Assembly: GCA_918797485.1 (NCBI GenBank)
Contig: CAKKNE010000006.1
Span: forward strand, 3,162,001-3,226,000
Reading direction: 5' to 3'
DNA: 64,000 nt
DNA from: Pelagomonas calceolata
Taxonomy: Eukaryota
This document shows positions 50,137 through 60,285 of the stretch, one piece after another; positions within the stretch are counted from its first letter, which is position 1, and each line of letters opens with the position of its first letter. The notes beneath the pieces were generated by a model that was not told the DNA's origin, made no database searches, and saw only the letters and a list, made by a program, of their open reading frames with translations. The position numbers and the translations under genes were made by a program.

Positions 50137-52993
50137 CTCGAGCCGGTCCGCCGCGGGACTGCCCCCCTCTGACGGGGGGGCAGTCTAACCCCGCGGCGCG
50201 GCGCTCACCCTACTGCCGGCGTCTCTCGACGAGGCGCCGCTCCTCACTGCTGCCACGGCCCCGTCACACGACGGGGTCCCTCGCTCACTGACTACTTTCC
50301 GGGCCCCGTCGCTACGGCGCGGCCCGACGACCACTCTCACGACGAATTCCACTTCCACTACTCCGTTCGGCGATCGACGTTTTGTCCAACACAGATTGGG
50401 GCAACCTCGATTCTAATTAAGAACTGCCTTGCTTGACTTGATTAGTGTCCCGCCACGTCCGAACCCTTGGATGAAGATTGCGGCGAGTACACGTGTGCCG
50501 CGAGTAAATGGCTTGTGTGTGTGTCTATCGACTGCGAACTCCTTATGAGCGCTGGGGGGAGAGAGGAAACGACACGCGGGGTAAGTAAGAGGACGATGTG
50601 GGGGTAACAGTGCAGGGGGAACATGACGGCCTCGAAGAAGAAGACCGTTCGGACCCGGAGGGGCGTGGAGCCCACGGGCCGGCCCGCCCGACGTGAGGTC
50701 GAGCAGGGAAGAAGAGCACGAACGAACTCGCCCAGGACGTTCGCGCAGAGAGCTGGTCGGCCGCGCTCGCGGGCTGCGCAGATCGTTCTGCGCTCTGCGA
50801 TTTTTTTGATTCGCAAAGGGCCTTTGCGCCCCCCGGCCGGGTCCGCGGCCCCCGCGCGGCCCGGGAGGGCTCGGGGGCCTTGGGGGAGGCAATACTACGG
50901 AATTCCTACTCGCTGGAGGCGTCGGGGACCCCTTGCGCGGCACGACGCCGCCGCGGGCCGTCGCCTACAACCGCCTCAAGCGAAGCGAATGCGCGGCCAA
51001 AACCAACAACATATCATTAGCGGACAAGAAAGCAGCAGTACACGACCCGCGACGACGCGGCAGCGACGACGTTGCGGGCGACGCACACGTGCTCGACGAG
51101 GGCCGCTTCGGCGAACCCAGCCCGTCGCCACTTCACGGTTTCGAGGACCGAGACGCGGACCTTCTCGATCCTTTTGTACGTCGTAGCGACCGTTGAACTA
51201 AAAACGAATCCAACGGACCGGTTAACTGCTCCGAAAAGCATGACCCCCGGGCCCTCGAGCGGCACAAGTCGCGGAGCCAGACGCCGCCCACGAGAAGCTT
51301 CTTCGCCGACATAGCGTAGGGGTGGGATCACGAGCGCGCCCAAGCGCGCGCGAACTGGCGCAGTGCACCGCTCTAATGGAGCGAGTGACCATCCGACATA
51401 TCACGCCCTCCGCGCCCAGTCCTCCCCCGCCGGCACGGCGGCCACTGGTGCCACGCATCACGACCGCCGCGCAAGATAAACGATTGCGTACGTCGTCGGC
51501 GCCGCGCTCGTGCCGCCGGCGCTCCGCACTGCTACCGGCATCCCGTCGTGGAGGGCGGCCACCGTGCAAGCAACATGGGCGCCTCGTTTCGCCGTCGCCG
51601 CGGCCCGCGGCATCATCTAGGACATCGCCGTCCATTCTCTACGCCTCGACGGCGCACCGAGGAGTAGCTGTGACCTCCCGCCGTCGCGCAACAGCGCCGC
51701 CCATGCGCGTGGCCGAAGTTTCGTCGCCCGCGTTAGTAACGAGAGGCCGTCCTGTCCGGCTGTCTATCGCTCGTCTACTCGTGCCGCCAGGCCCGCGGCA
51801 GGGCTGCAGTTGCAGCTCATACGTATGGTGCTGGTGCTGGTGCTGGTGCTGTGCCGGCCACTCACAGCAGTCGTTGCTGTGGCGAGCGAGGCTACGAGGG
51901 GGCTTGCAAACGAACGCTCTGAGAGCTTTGAACGTCCTCCTGTCAACAGTCCGACGTATGTCGCAGGCCAGCCTTCCCTGGCTGTGGGAGAGCACAAGCA
52001 GCCTCAAGAGCCCTCGAGCTCAACCGAGCCGCATTGATTACGAGACGCCCCCGCAGCGGTATCTCAGGATGACGCATTGATGCCATCAGGCGACAACGGC
52101 CGCTCTTTGACCGGTGCCGCGCCACAAGCAAGGCATGGAGTGCCTCTGCAGCAGCACAACCTTCAGGGCGTGGCGTTACGTCGAACACGTCGCGTCGATG
52201 GCGTTAGGGTGGTCGGCCCGTCTCTGTTCGCGCTGTCCGAGCGCTGCGCACCGCAACGCTCCCCTCCGCGGCGGCGGCGGCGAGGTCGAGACCCGTGCTG
52301 CGGCTCTTAGGCGTCCCGGACCGCGGCACGGTGTCTCGACGTGCCGGTGCGCGAGCGGCTCGGAGCGGCGACGGAGCCGCACGCGACGCGGCGCCGGCGT
52401 CGTGGAGGCGCTGGAGCCTCTACGGTGTCTCGGGGGCCCGCCAGCCCTGTGGTCCCGTCGATCGGCCTACGGCGAAGGACGGCGGTGAAACGGGTAAGGC
52501 AGTGTGTGGGCCGAGGCCCGGCACGCCCGTCGACGCGGCGGCGGACCTGGATGTGATATGATGCCTGGCGGTCTCCTAGTGACGGACCGGCTCGAGCGCG
52601 GCTTTCTCTGAATCTGGTCACAACGATTGCTTATGTAGGGATTGGACCGAGGTCGAGGAGTAGAAAGTCAGAACCCGCTTGGACGAGCTATCGAAGAGGT
52701 GCTGCCGCGGCAACGGTTGCGCGGCCGTCCAGCTGTCCCAGGCGCGGGCGAGGCGTAGCCTACGGCTCGTGGCACGGTGCTTCCGGACGGCTCGAGGCCC
52801 GGCGGGACGTCGTCGATGCCGTCGACGCGGACGAGCCACTGGTGAGATGCTCACCCCGGGGGGGCGGGGGGGCCAAGCTAACATTGTTCGAGCGAGTGCT
52901 CTCCTTATGAGTCCCGGGGAGGTCGTGAGTTTAGGGAGGGCTCTGTGAATACACTTTCAGGGCGCCGTCATGTACCACCACGGGTGCTCGTCG

Positions 52994-53180
52994 TCCTAGC
53001 GCGGACCGTCGGCTCCGGTTCCGTCGAGTGTGTATGAAAACTGAGCTGGAGTTGATATAATGTCCCATTTGGACGGGAGATGGCGGCGTCAATCGCTGGT
53101 GTACTTTGGCAAGGTATAAGACTCATCAGCGAATGTCGCAGCGGGCGGTGTTCCGGGAGGCAATGAGGGTATCTTCCCGG
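52994..53180 (-). repeat. Dispersed repeat copy B
   Basis: Inverted copy of 37767-37951. Confidence 0.88.
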
Positions 53181-54122
53181 AGGCGTAGATGCAAATCTGA
53201 AGATCTGCAGTCATTTACTTATCGCAGTACTCGATGATTTCAAGTTCTCGAAATAATTGCACCTGCGCGGACGTACCCTTCTGATTCGGAAGCTCGGCCG
53301 GTCGGATGCGACGAACGATGTCAGAGACGGCTCCTCGCACACCAAAAATCGCGTCGGAGTCAATGATTTCGTACTGAACTGCCGGCGCTGCTCCGCGAGC
53401 CGCGAGCTGGCCTGGAGTGAGCCCGAGTTTCCGGCGCGGCGCGAGCGGTACCTGGGCCTCTCAGGCGCAGCTGCGCCGTCCGGGCAGGTCGCCGAGGCTC
53501 GTCATAGAGTCAACTGGGCGTGTTGGTCTGGTCTGCAGCGGCTCCGGCCGTCTGCACCGCGCTGGCGCCGTGGATGGCCACCGCCCAGATCGTTCTGCGC
53601 TCTGCGATTTTTTTGATTCGCAAAGTGAAATTACGCCCCCCGACCGGGTCCGCGGCGCGCCCGCGCAGCAGGAGGGCTCGGGGGCCTTAGGGGGACGGGT
53701 CCTAGCGGGTTTCTACTTTCTGGGGACGCCTGATACCCGTCACAAGGCCGACGCCGGCGCGGACGGGCGGCCCGGCCTCTGCGCCCGGCGGGCGAGTCCG
53801 CGGCGCGGGCGCGGCGCGGGCGCGGCGCGGGAGGCCTCCTGAGACTTGGGAGAGAGATTTCTACGGAGTTACTAGTCGCTAGAGGCCCATTGCCCACCAG
53901 CTTCGGAATTCGACGTTCGGGTTTTTCGCCCTTTTGCCGGGTTCTGGCGAGCCCCATATCAATACCGAACGTTCTAGGACATCATGGGACGGCTCCTGGC
54001 GGGTTCCTACTTTCTGGGGACGCCTGACACCCGTCACGAGGCGGCCGCGGGCCCGAACGGTAGACGACGCTAAATGTACCTTTACCAAAGAAAGAAAGAG
54101 CACGCTTCTTAATATTCACAAG

Positions 54123-55145
54123 TCACCCGTAGATGTCGTCGTCGTCGTCGGCGCCGCCGCCGTCGCCGTCGAGGTGCGCCCAGGGATTCTCCGCGGGCGG
54201 CGGCGGCCGCGCGGGGTTCGGCCGCGGCGGCGCGACGCCGCCGCGGAGCACGTCGAACATGTCCGGTACGCCGCCTTGACCGCCCATGAGTTGGGCCATC
54301 AGCTGCGGGTCGAAGGGCATGGGCCCGGGCAGCGGCAGGTCCGGCACCGGTTGTGGTTGCGGCGCCGCCCAGGGGTTCGGCAGCGGCGCGTCCGGGTCCG
54401 CATTCACAGAAGGCGCACTCGCACCGCCGCTCGACACGGCCATGCCCTCGAAGCCCTCCATGAGCGGTTCCTGGACCTCGGAGTACATCCTCCTTAAGGC
54501 ATTAAACCCTTCTGGGTGGTTTTCTAATTGAGATAAAGCCAGATCCTGGTGGCGCATGGCTTCTCTAGCTCGTGCTGGATTCCTGGCGACCTCGACGGCC
54601 TCCCTGAGCAAGTTGGGATCCTGCAAGGCATGCCGCAGCTGCGGATTCGCGTCCATTGCCCTCCTGAGTTGGGGATTGGCGTTGACCATCTGTCTGAGTA
54701 AATTCGGGTCATCTAACAAACTTCTAGTGAACGGGCTATCGAGGATCCTCGCGGTGAGCTCGGGGTCGCTCATCAGACGTCTCTGTAACGATGCCGGGTC
54801 ACTTGGTAATTGCATGCCGTGCAAACCACCTGCTAATAGACCATTCGCGGCCAACTGCGGTTGTTGCGGAGGCGCTTGCGGCTGTCGCGGCGGCGCCCTC
54901 AGTAAGTGTATGGTACACTGGTCGGTGACGTCGTACTCCGTTAAGAGGTCACCATCTTGTAAGGCCCTACCTTTATAGATGAGGCGCTGCTCCGCCGCCG
55001 GCACGTCCGCCGGCGTCTCACATTTTTCTTTGAACTCGAGTACTGACGCGGCCCTCGACACTACGAGCTGGAAATGCTTGCCCGTCGACGTCTTCACGAC
55101 GAGGGTCATGTCGACGCCCGGGGTTGTGGCGGTCATCGTTGCCAT
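54123..55145 (-). CDS. Ubiquilin/DSK2-like protein (UBL + STI1 repeats) lacking the UBA domain
   Basis: UBL: EQRLIYKGRALQD...CTIHL; STI1: NPQLR, ALSQLENHPEGFNALRRMY, PLPNPW; ends DDDDIYG. Confidence 0.88.
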   Translation of the reverse strand: MATMTATTPGVDMTLVVKTSTGKHFQLVVSRAASVLEFKEKCETPADVPAAEQRLIYKGRALQDGDLLTEYDVTDQCTIHLLRAPPRQPQAPPQQPQLAANGLLAGGLHGMQLPSDPASLQRRLMSDPELTARILDSPFTRSLLDDPNLLRQMVNANPQLRRAMDANPQLRHALQDPNLLREAVEVARNPARAREAMRHQDLALSQLENHPEGFNALRRMYSEVQEPLMEGFEGMAVSSGGASAPSVNADPDAPLPNPWAAPQPQPVPDLPLPGPMPFDPQLMAQLMGGQGGVPDMFDVLRGGVAPPRPNPARPPPPAENPWAHLDGDGGGADDDDDIYG

Positions 55146-55394
55146 CGTCTTTACGTCTGCGGCGACGGCGTGGGGTGCTTTTTGTTTGGAGGTCTCTGAG
55201 AGCTGATGGGTTTCAGAGAGACCGAGGGCCGTTGCGCGGCTCGCGGTCGACACGAGGCGCTGGCGGGTTCGCCCAGGCAAGCGGGAGAGAGCTCGCCTGA
55301 ACCGGTAGCGCCGGCGTTGGCTGCGTTTTTGGGCAGGAGCTGGAGCCCAGATTATTTTCTAGTGTGTTACTTCTGTTAGCTAAGTTTACCCTCA

Positions 55395-56261
55395 TTACGC
55401 CGTCGGAGACGACGGAGCGCGCCCGAGAGACCCTCCACCGAAATCGCGCCATCGCGAGGAGCGCCTCCGGAAAATCCGACACACAACAAATGCGGCGACG
55501 CCCACCGCGGCGCCCGTCAGATGTGCGCCGTGGCCGATATTATCCTGAGCGTCGATGAGGCGCCACTCGTGCACGAAATAGAAGCACGAACTCACGACGT
55601 GCAGCACCGCGTTGGCGTCGCACCGCCTTCCGAGAAGCAGCGCCTCGGCGACGACGCAGGTGTCGATGGCCACGAACGCTGACACTCCGGCGGAGGCGCC
55701 TATGGAGCGAATATTTTCGTTCACTTTTTTCGCCACGGCGTGCACGGCCGTCCTCCGCGCCTCGTCGAACGCCTTGGAGATTTTGTCGCCCAGGCGCTCA
55801 CCCACCACCTCCGAGGCACCCGAGAGGTTGAAGACCCGTCGGACCCGCTCGCCGATGCCCCACCGCTCGACGATGCGCTCGAGGCGCTGCGTGCCAAAGT
55901 CGAAGGGGTCCAGGGCCGCCGCGATGCCCGCGGCGACGTACGTCACCATCGCTCCGTTGACGCCTAAGGTGTCCGTTGCCGCCGGCCCGGCGACGAGGAT
56001 CGACTGCAGGTTGGACAGCGCGTGCGCCTGGTTCCCGTGCAAGAGCATGTAACTCGCCGTCGTCCACCAGCGGCCCTCGCGCAACGCCTGCCGGCTGAAC
56101 GTGAAGTGCTTTTCCAGCGTATTCATAGAGAGCGGCAGCGCTATTGACAAACGCGGCTCCCTTCCAGAGGCAGCTGCGAGTGTCGGTATTAGCGCGTGCA
56201 GCGCCAATAAAGGCGAGAAGTCGCCGGCAAACGCCACGACGCGTTCGAACGAGCGGTTCAT
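55395..56261 (-). CDS. Rhomboid-family intramembrane serine protease
   Basis: GRWWT, HGNQAHALSN, GASAG (catalytic Ser), HGAHLTGAAVG (catalytic His); ATG overlaps the LYR gene stop. Confidence 0.87.
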   Translation of the reverse strand: MNRSFERVVAFAGDFSPLLALHALIPTLAAASGREPRLSIALPLSMNTLEKHFTFSRQALREGRWWTTASYMLLHGNQAHALSNLQSILVAGPAATDTLGVNGAMVTYVAAGIAAALDPFDFGTQRLERIVERWGIGERVRRVFNLSGASEVVGERLGDKISKAFDEARRTAVHAVAKKVNENIRSIGASAGVSAFVAIDTCVVAEALLLGRRCDANAVLHVVSSCFYFVHEWRLIDAQDNIGHGAHLTGAAVGVAAFVVCRIFRRRSSRWRDFGGGSLGRAPSSPTA

Positions 56262-56488
56262 CACTTCTTGGACTTGTTCAGGCTCTTCATCACGAGGTAG
56301 TTCGACAGCGCGCGGACCGCGTCCGCTTTCAGCTTCGAGATCTCGGCCGCGTCCGTCACGCCAATATGTTTGCGGAAGCCGTCCTTGACGACTTGCTTGA
56401 GCGCTCGGCCCTTCGCCGAGTCGCCTCCAATATGATGCGCCGTGCGCAGGCAGTCGCGGAAGAGTTGTAGTGTTGTGCGCTCGAGCAT
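56261..56488 (-). CDS. LYR-motif (Complex1_LYR) small mitochondrial protein
   Basis: TLQLFRDCLR...VKDGFRKH...DAVRALSNY; 75 aa. Confidence 0.87.
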   Translation of the reverse strand: MLERTTLQLFRDCLRTAHHIGGDSAKGRALKQVVKDGFRKHIGVTDAAEISKLKADAVRALSNYLVMKSLNKSKK

Positions 56489-56859
56489 CGGCCGCTGCTG
56501 GGCCTGCACCGCGTCTAGACTACGAACAAATGGCAGCAAAGCTTTGCTCGACAGCGTGGCTGCTGGAGAGTAACTCCAAGGCCTTCGAAGCCTGCCGCAC
56601 CACGCGTTTAGCAGCGTTGGCAACTTGCGAGAGCTTCCTAGTGTGTCTAACCATTAGCTAATCACAGGCTCGGCTTTGTTGCGGCTGCTCAGGCACGCGC
56701 GAGTCGCGCAGGACTCGTTCGGGCGATCTCGGTACTCGCCACAGCGCCTGCTCACGCGCGCGGCTCATAACTGTCGCCAGATTTGGCGTACAGGTGCGGT
56801 GCTCTCTGAGAGCACTGTTCAGCAGCCTCAAAATCCGTGCGCGCGGCCTCGCGACAGCC

Positions 56860-57716
56860 ATGGCCGCCATGGCTGGCGGTAGCACTAAGCGCGCTATCGT
56901 CGAGATCATCAGTGATGTTGTGTGACCCTTCTGCTGGGTCGGCAAGCGCAACCTCGAGACTGCGCTCCGATCCACGGGCGTCCAGGCGCGCGTCCACTGG
57001 AAGGCCTTCCAGCTGAACCCCGGCGCCTCGGACACGCCCTCCAATAAACTCGAGATGTACATGTCCAAGTTCGGTTTCGAAGCGGTGTCCGTGATCGGTC
57101 GTCGAGAGCACTGCTGGCCCCCGGCACGCCATCGCGGCGATGGCGGGCGAGAGCACCCATCGCTACGCAGGCATGGGCCGCGACCAGGTGCTGCGCATGA
57201 CGGCGGGCATGCGCCAGAACTTTGCGAATGTGGGCCTCCCCTACGCGTTCACGGATCAAGGTCTTGTGGCGAACACGATGGACGCGCACCGCGTGCTCGC
57301 GTGGTGTGGTTCGCCGGAAGCGCAGGACAAGGCCGTCCGTAGCTCGGTGTCCTGCGAATTGGACGTCGAGAATGCGGCCGCGACGATGGCGTGGAGGTCA
57401 CCAAATTCTCCGCAATCGTTCTCAGGATAACCAAACGCAGGTCGAGGTCATATTCAACGGGTACTTCGCCGAGGAGCGCGCCCCGAACGACCGCGACCTG
57501 CTCATTGAGGCGTGCGTCGCCGCGGGCAAGTCCGAAGCGGATGCAAGAGCTTTCTTGGACGACAAGTCGGCCATGCGCGACCAGGTCCAGCGGGAATTAA
57601 GTGAAGCGCGGGGCGTCCGCGGCGTGCCGCACTTCGTCATCCGCCAGCCGGGGCGCGACCCCGTGCAGATCAGCGGCGCCCAGCCGCCGGAGATCTTCGA
57701 GCGCGCTCTGCAGTGA
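56860..57716 (+). CDS. DsbA/FrnE-family thioredoxin-fold selenoprotein; exons 56860-57073, 57171-57334, 57441-57716; Sec at TGA 56923-56925
   Basis: EIISDVV-TGA-PFCWVGKR aligns to the family CPxC site; FQLNP, NTMDAHR, VRGVPHF, ISGAQP; two GT-AG introns keep frame (218 codons). Confidence 0.9.
57074..57170 (+). other. GT-AG intron 1 of the DsbA gene
   Basis: Removal gives SKFGMGRDQV; contains acgccatcgcggcg motif. Confidence 0.8.
57335..57440 (+). other. GT-AG intron 2 of the DsbA gene
   Basis: Removal gives QDKAVEVIFNGYF; contains the intron motif in antisense (cgcgacgatggcgt). Confidence 0.8.
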
Positions 57717-57726
57717 AGCGCTACAT

Positions 57727-57788
57727 CGGTGCTGTGTATGACGGGCCACTACTACCCGTGGTGATGGCCCCGACAAGAAACGGCGCCG
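57727..57788 (+). promoter_or_regulatory. SECIS-like element in the 3'UTR of the DsbA selenoprotein gene
   Basis: Helix I cggtgctgt/acggcgccg (9 bp incl. G-U), ATGA at 57738-57741 with GA at 57772-57773, helix II gggcca-ctac / gtgg-tggccc. Confidence 0.8.
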
Positions 57789-57861
57789 CCGGCGCGTGGA
57801 TATAATTGTGTCTTGCTTTAGAGCGGCGCGACGACGGGGTCGGTGTCACAACATCACAAAC

Positions 57862-58977
57862 TTACGGAGGCTTGGGGGCGTTCGGCGGCGGCGGCGGCGG
57901 GGGACTGTCAGGACCACTAGCGGCGGCTCGCACCTCTCTCTCAACATCAACTAACGCCGTCATCGTCCGCCACCACAGCTCCCTTTGTTCTTCGTCGTCA
58001 AAACAAAGGTCGAGGGACCGGTCCTGCGTGACCAGTGAGAGATATTTGCCCTCATCTTTAACTTTTCCCGTCCTCCTTAAAACGTCGGTGTCCCTACCAC
58101 GAGAAATGCGTATTACCGAAGCCAGCTCGACGCCTTGTATTGAGGTACGTTTGCCCTTCCAGGTCAGGTACATGTACAGATACATGTCTCCTTGCACCAG
58201 TGATAGCTGGAAGGTTTTTTTGGAGGGCCGGCCCGATCTAAAAGGGTGCTTCGTCACACTGACACCGGTAGTTGTTAAAGCCTCAAACAATGAATACTCC
58301 TTCTCCGCGAGCGTCGCTCGTATGGTATACATGGTCGCCGCCATCGCGGTGTACGTCGTCCCGGGCGAACATAGGATCCTTTCGGCCGCCTTCCGCCGGT
58401 CCTCATTTTCGGTATCTTGTACAATGTGATGATGTTTATAGTCGGGCAGCACGGCCTCGCGCCACCAGAAGGGACCCCTTAGTCTGTATAACTCATCAGC
58501 AAAGGTGTGGTGGTACCAGGCCTGCAAGTCTTCCCTCGCATTGGCCCTGGCATGGAGGGTCCACTGCTCCTTGTCCATGGCTTGCCGCTCCCGATTCGCG
58601 TCTCGCACATATGAAACCCACCGGTCTCTCGCTGTCGTTAATCTGGACATGTTCCGTCGTCTCACGAGATTCTGCACTTTGTAACTCCCGTGCTCCACTC
58701 TTCTATCGCGAGCAAAGACGCGCAGGCGTTCTCGTACCGCGTCGACCTCGCGCTCCAGCGCTCTTATGTGAGCCACGGGGTCCAGCTCCTCGTTGAGGTG
58801 CGCGAGGCCATCCTTTTGACTTTGAGGGTTCGCGGCGGCGGCGTTGAGCTCGTTCTCATCGAGGGGCGATGGCGGCGCCGGCGGGGCCGCGTCGCTGGTT
58901 TGCTTCTTTGCCGAGCTTGGGGGCTTCTTTTCGGACGCCGTCGCCATCGGTGCGTCGTTTTTGGACGGCTTTGCCAT
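57862..58977 (-). CDS. Coiled-coil + C-terminal PH-domain protein
   Basis: GVSVTKH...LTW...IRISRG...YLSLVTQDRSLDLCFDDEEQRELW (PLC-type PH pattern). Confidence 0.78.
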   Translation of the reverse strand: MAKPSKNDAPMATASEKKPPSSAKKQTSDAAPPAPPSPLDENELNAAAANPQSQKDGLAHLNEELDPVAHIRALEREVDAVRERLRVFARDRRVEHGSYKVQNLVRRRNMSRLTTARDRWVSYVRDANRERQAMDKEQWTLHARANAREDLQAWYHHTFADELYRLRGPFWWREAVLPDYKHHHIVQDTENEDRRKAAERILCSPGTTYTAMAATMYTIRATLAEKEYSLFEALTTTGVSVTKHPFRSGRPSKKTFQLSLVQGDMYLYMYLTWKGKRTSIQGVELASVIRISRGRDTDVLRRTGKVKDEGKYLSLVTQDRSLDLCFDDEEQRELWWRTMTALVDVEREVRAAASGPDSPPPPPPPNAPKPP

Positions 58978-59212
58978 CGGTGCGCGTCGCGCCGCGCCGG
59001 CGTGCGCAAATGGGGTGCCCTTGGCCCCCCAGGCTTGCAAAATGAACTGCGAGCCAGAAGCGCTCGCTGGCGTTCTGGGCTGCGTCAGCTGTGATGGCTG
59101 GCGCCTCGCCTTGCCCGTGGGCAGCCCTTGCACGCGCTTTGCGGCGGCTGGCGGCCCAAAAAAAGGTGAATGCTAGTGTCTCTACGGCCGCTAGCCTCTG
59201 GCGGCGGCCTAG

Positions 59213-60048
59213 CATGGGGAGTAAAGTTGGGGTGGGTACCAGGCTATGTTTACCCCGCAGACTTAAGTCGCGTTTTGGCCTTTTTGGGGTGGTTGCCAGA
59301 GCGACCCAGCGGGTGCACCGCCACCAGCACTGCCCCGGGGGCCGAGGCACGCCCCCATGAGGGCCTCGCATGCCAAGTTTCAGCGGCAACGGTGCTCGGG
59401 AAGGGCAGCCACGGTCGGCGGTTCCATTCGACGATCGACGCCCCGCGGCCCCCTCTCGGTCGATTTGTAACTGAGCGCGACACAGGGGCTCAGGACAGCA
59501 TTTGCGTGAACTTTGCTATGAGAAAGTTACAAATCCACCGAGTAGATTTTCATCCATTCGTTCCCGAACACGGTCGCGAACGGGGGCACTACGGCTCATT
59601 TCCCGGCGGTTTTCGCTGGAGCCAAAGACGGACGCCGGTCGGTAGGGTATGAGAGGCTCCCTCGAGGCGCGACGACGCTCAACGGCTGCGTCAAGGCCAT
59701 ATGCACACCGTCGCCGCGATATAGTGTTTTTTTTAAGTTTATTTTTTTTACCCGTCTCGGGGCTCTAAAGCGGGAGGATTGAGCTCTGAAAGGGAGCCCT
59801 CGCGTTGGCGCTTCGATTTTCGCGCATCGACTAAAATTGCTAAACGTTTTGCCGTCGTGCTCGGCCAATTTTGCGCCTGCGCGCAAAAGAAAAGCTGCCG
59901 AGGGCCGCTTGGGTGCCCGTACGCCCACGCGCACGCGCACTTCCGCTGCCATGGGCGTGGGCAGCCGCACGGCCCCAAAAACAAAACCGCGACTTAAGTC
60001 GGCACGGCCGGTACCGTATGGTACCCACCCCATACTTTACTCCCCATG
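59213..60048. mobile_element. MITE-like non-autonomous element with long imperfect TIRs
   Basis: catggggagtaaagt-tggggtgggtacca...gacttaagtcgcg at 59213-59290 is inverted at 59971-60048; CTAG on both flanks; non-coding interior. Confidence 0.75.
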
Positions 60049-60285
60049 GGCCTAGGTCGCACGGCCCTATTGCTGCCTCTGTTAAGCCTTTGAGCAGCGC
60101 AAGACGTCGTTACGACTACCAATAAAAGCGCAAGCCCGCAAGTCCTGCAAGTAACGTCGCGCAATACGTACAGTAAGCTCATCACTGCACGACGCCATCG
60201 CAGCTGTCGTGCTACGGGCGGCGCGGCGACAAATCCCTCGTCGTAAGCAAGCTCGCTCGCTGCACGCCGCCGCAGCGCAGCACAG

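Noticed and set aside
50933..52080. Several short ORFs in the gene-poor region
   Set aside because: Non-ATG starts, no codon bias and no recognisable domains
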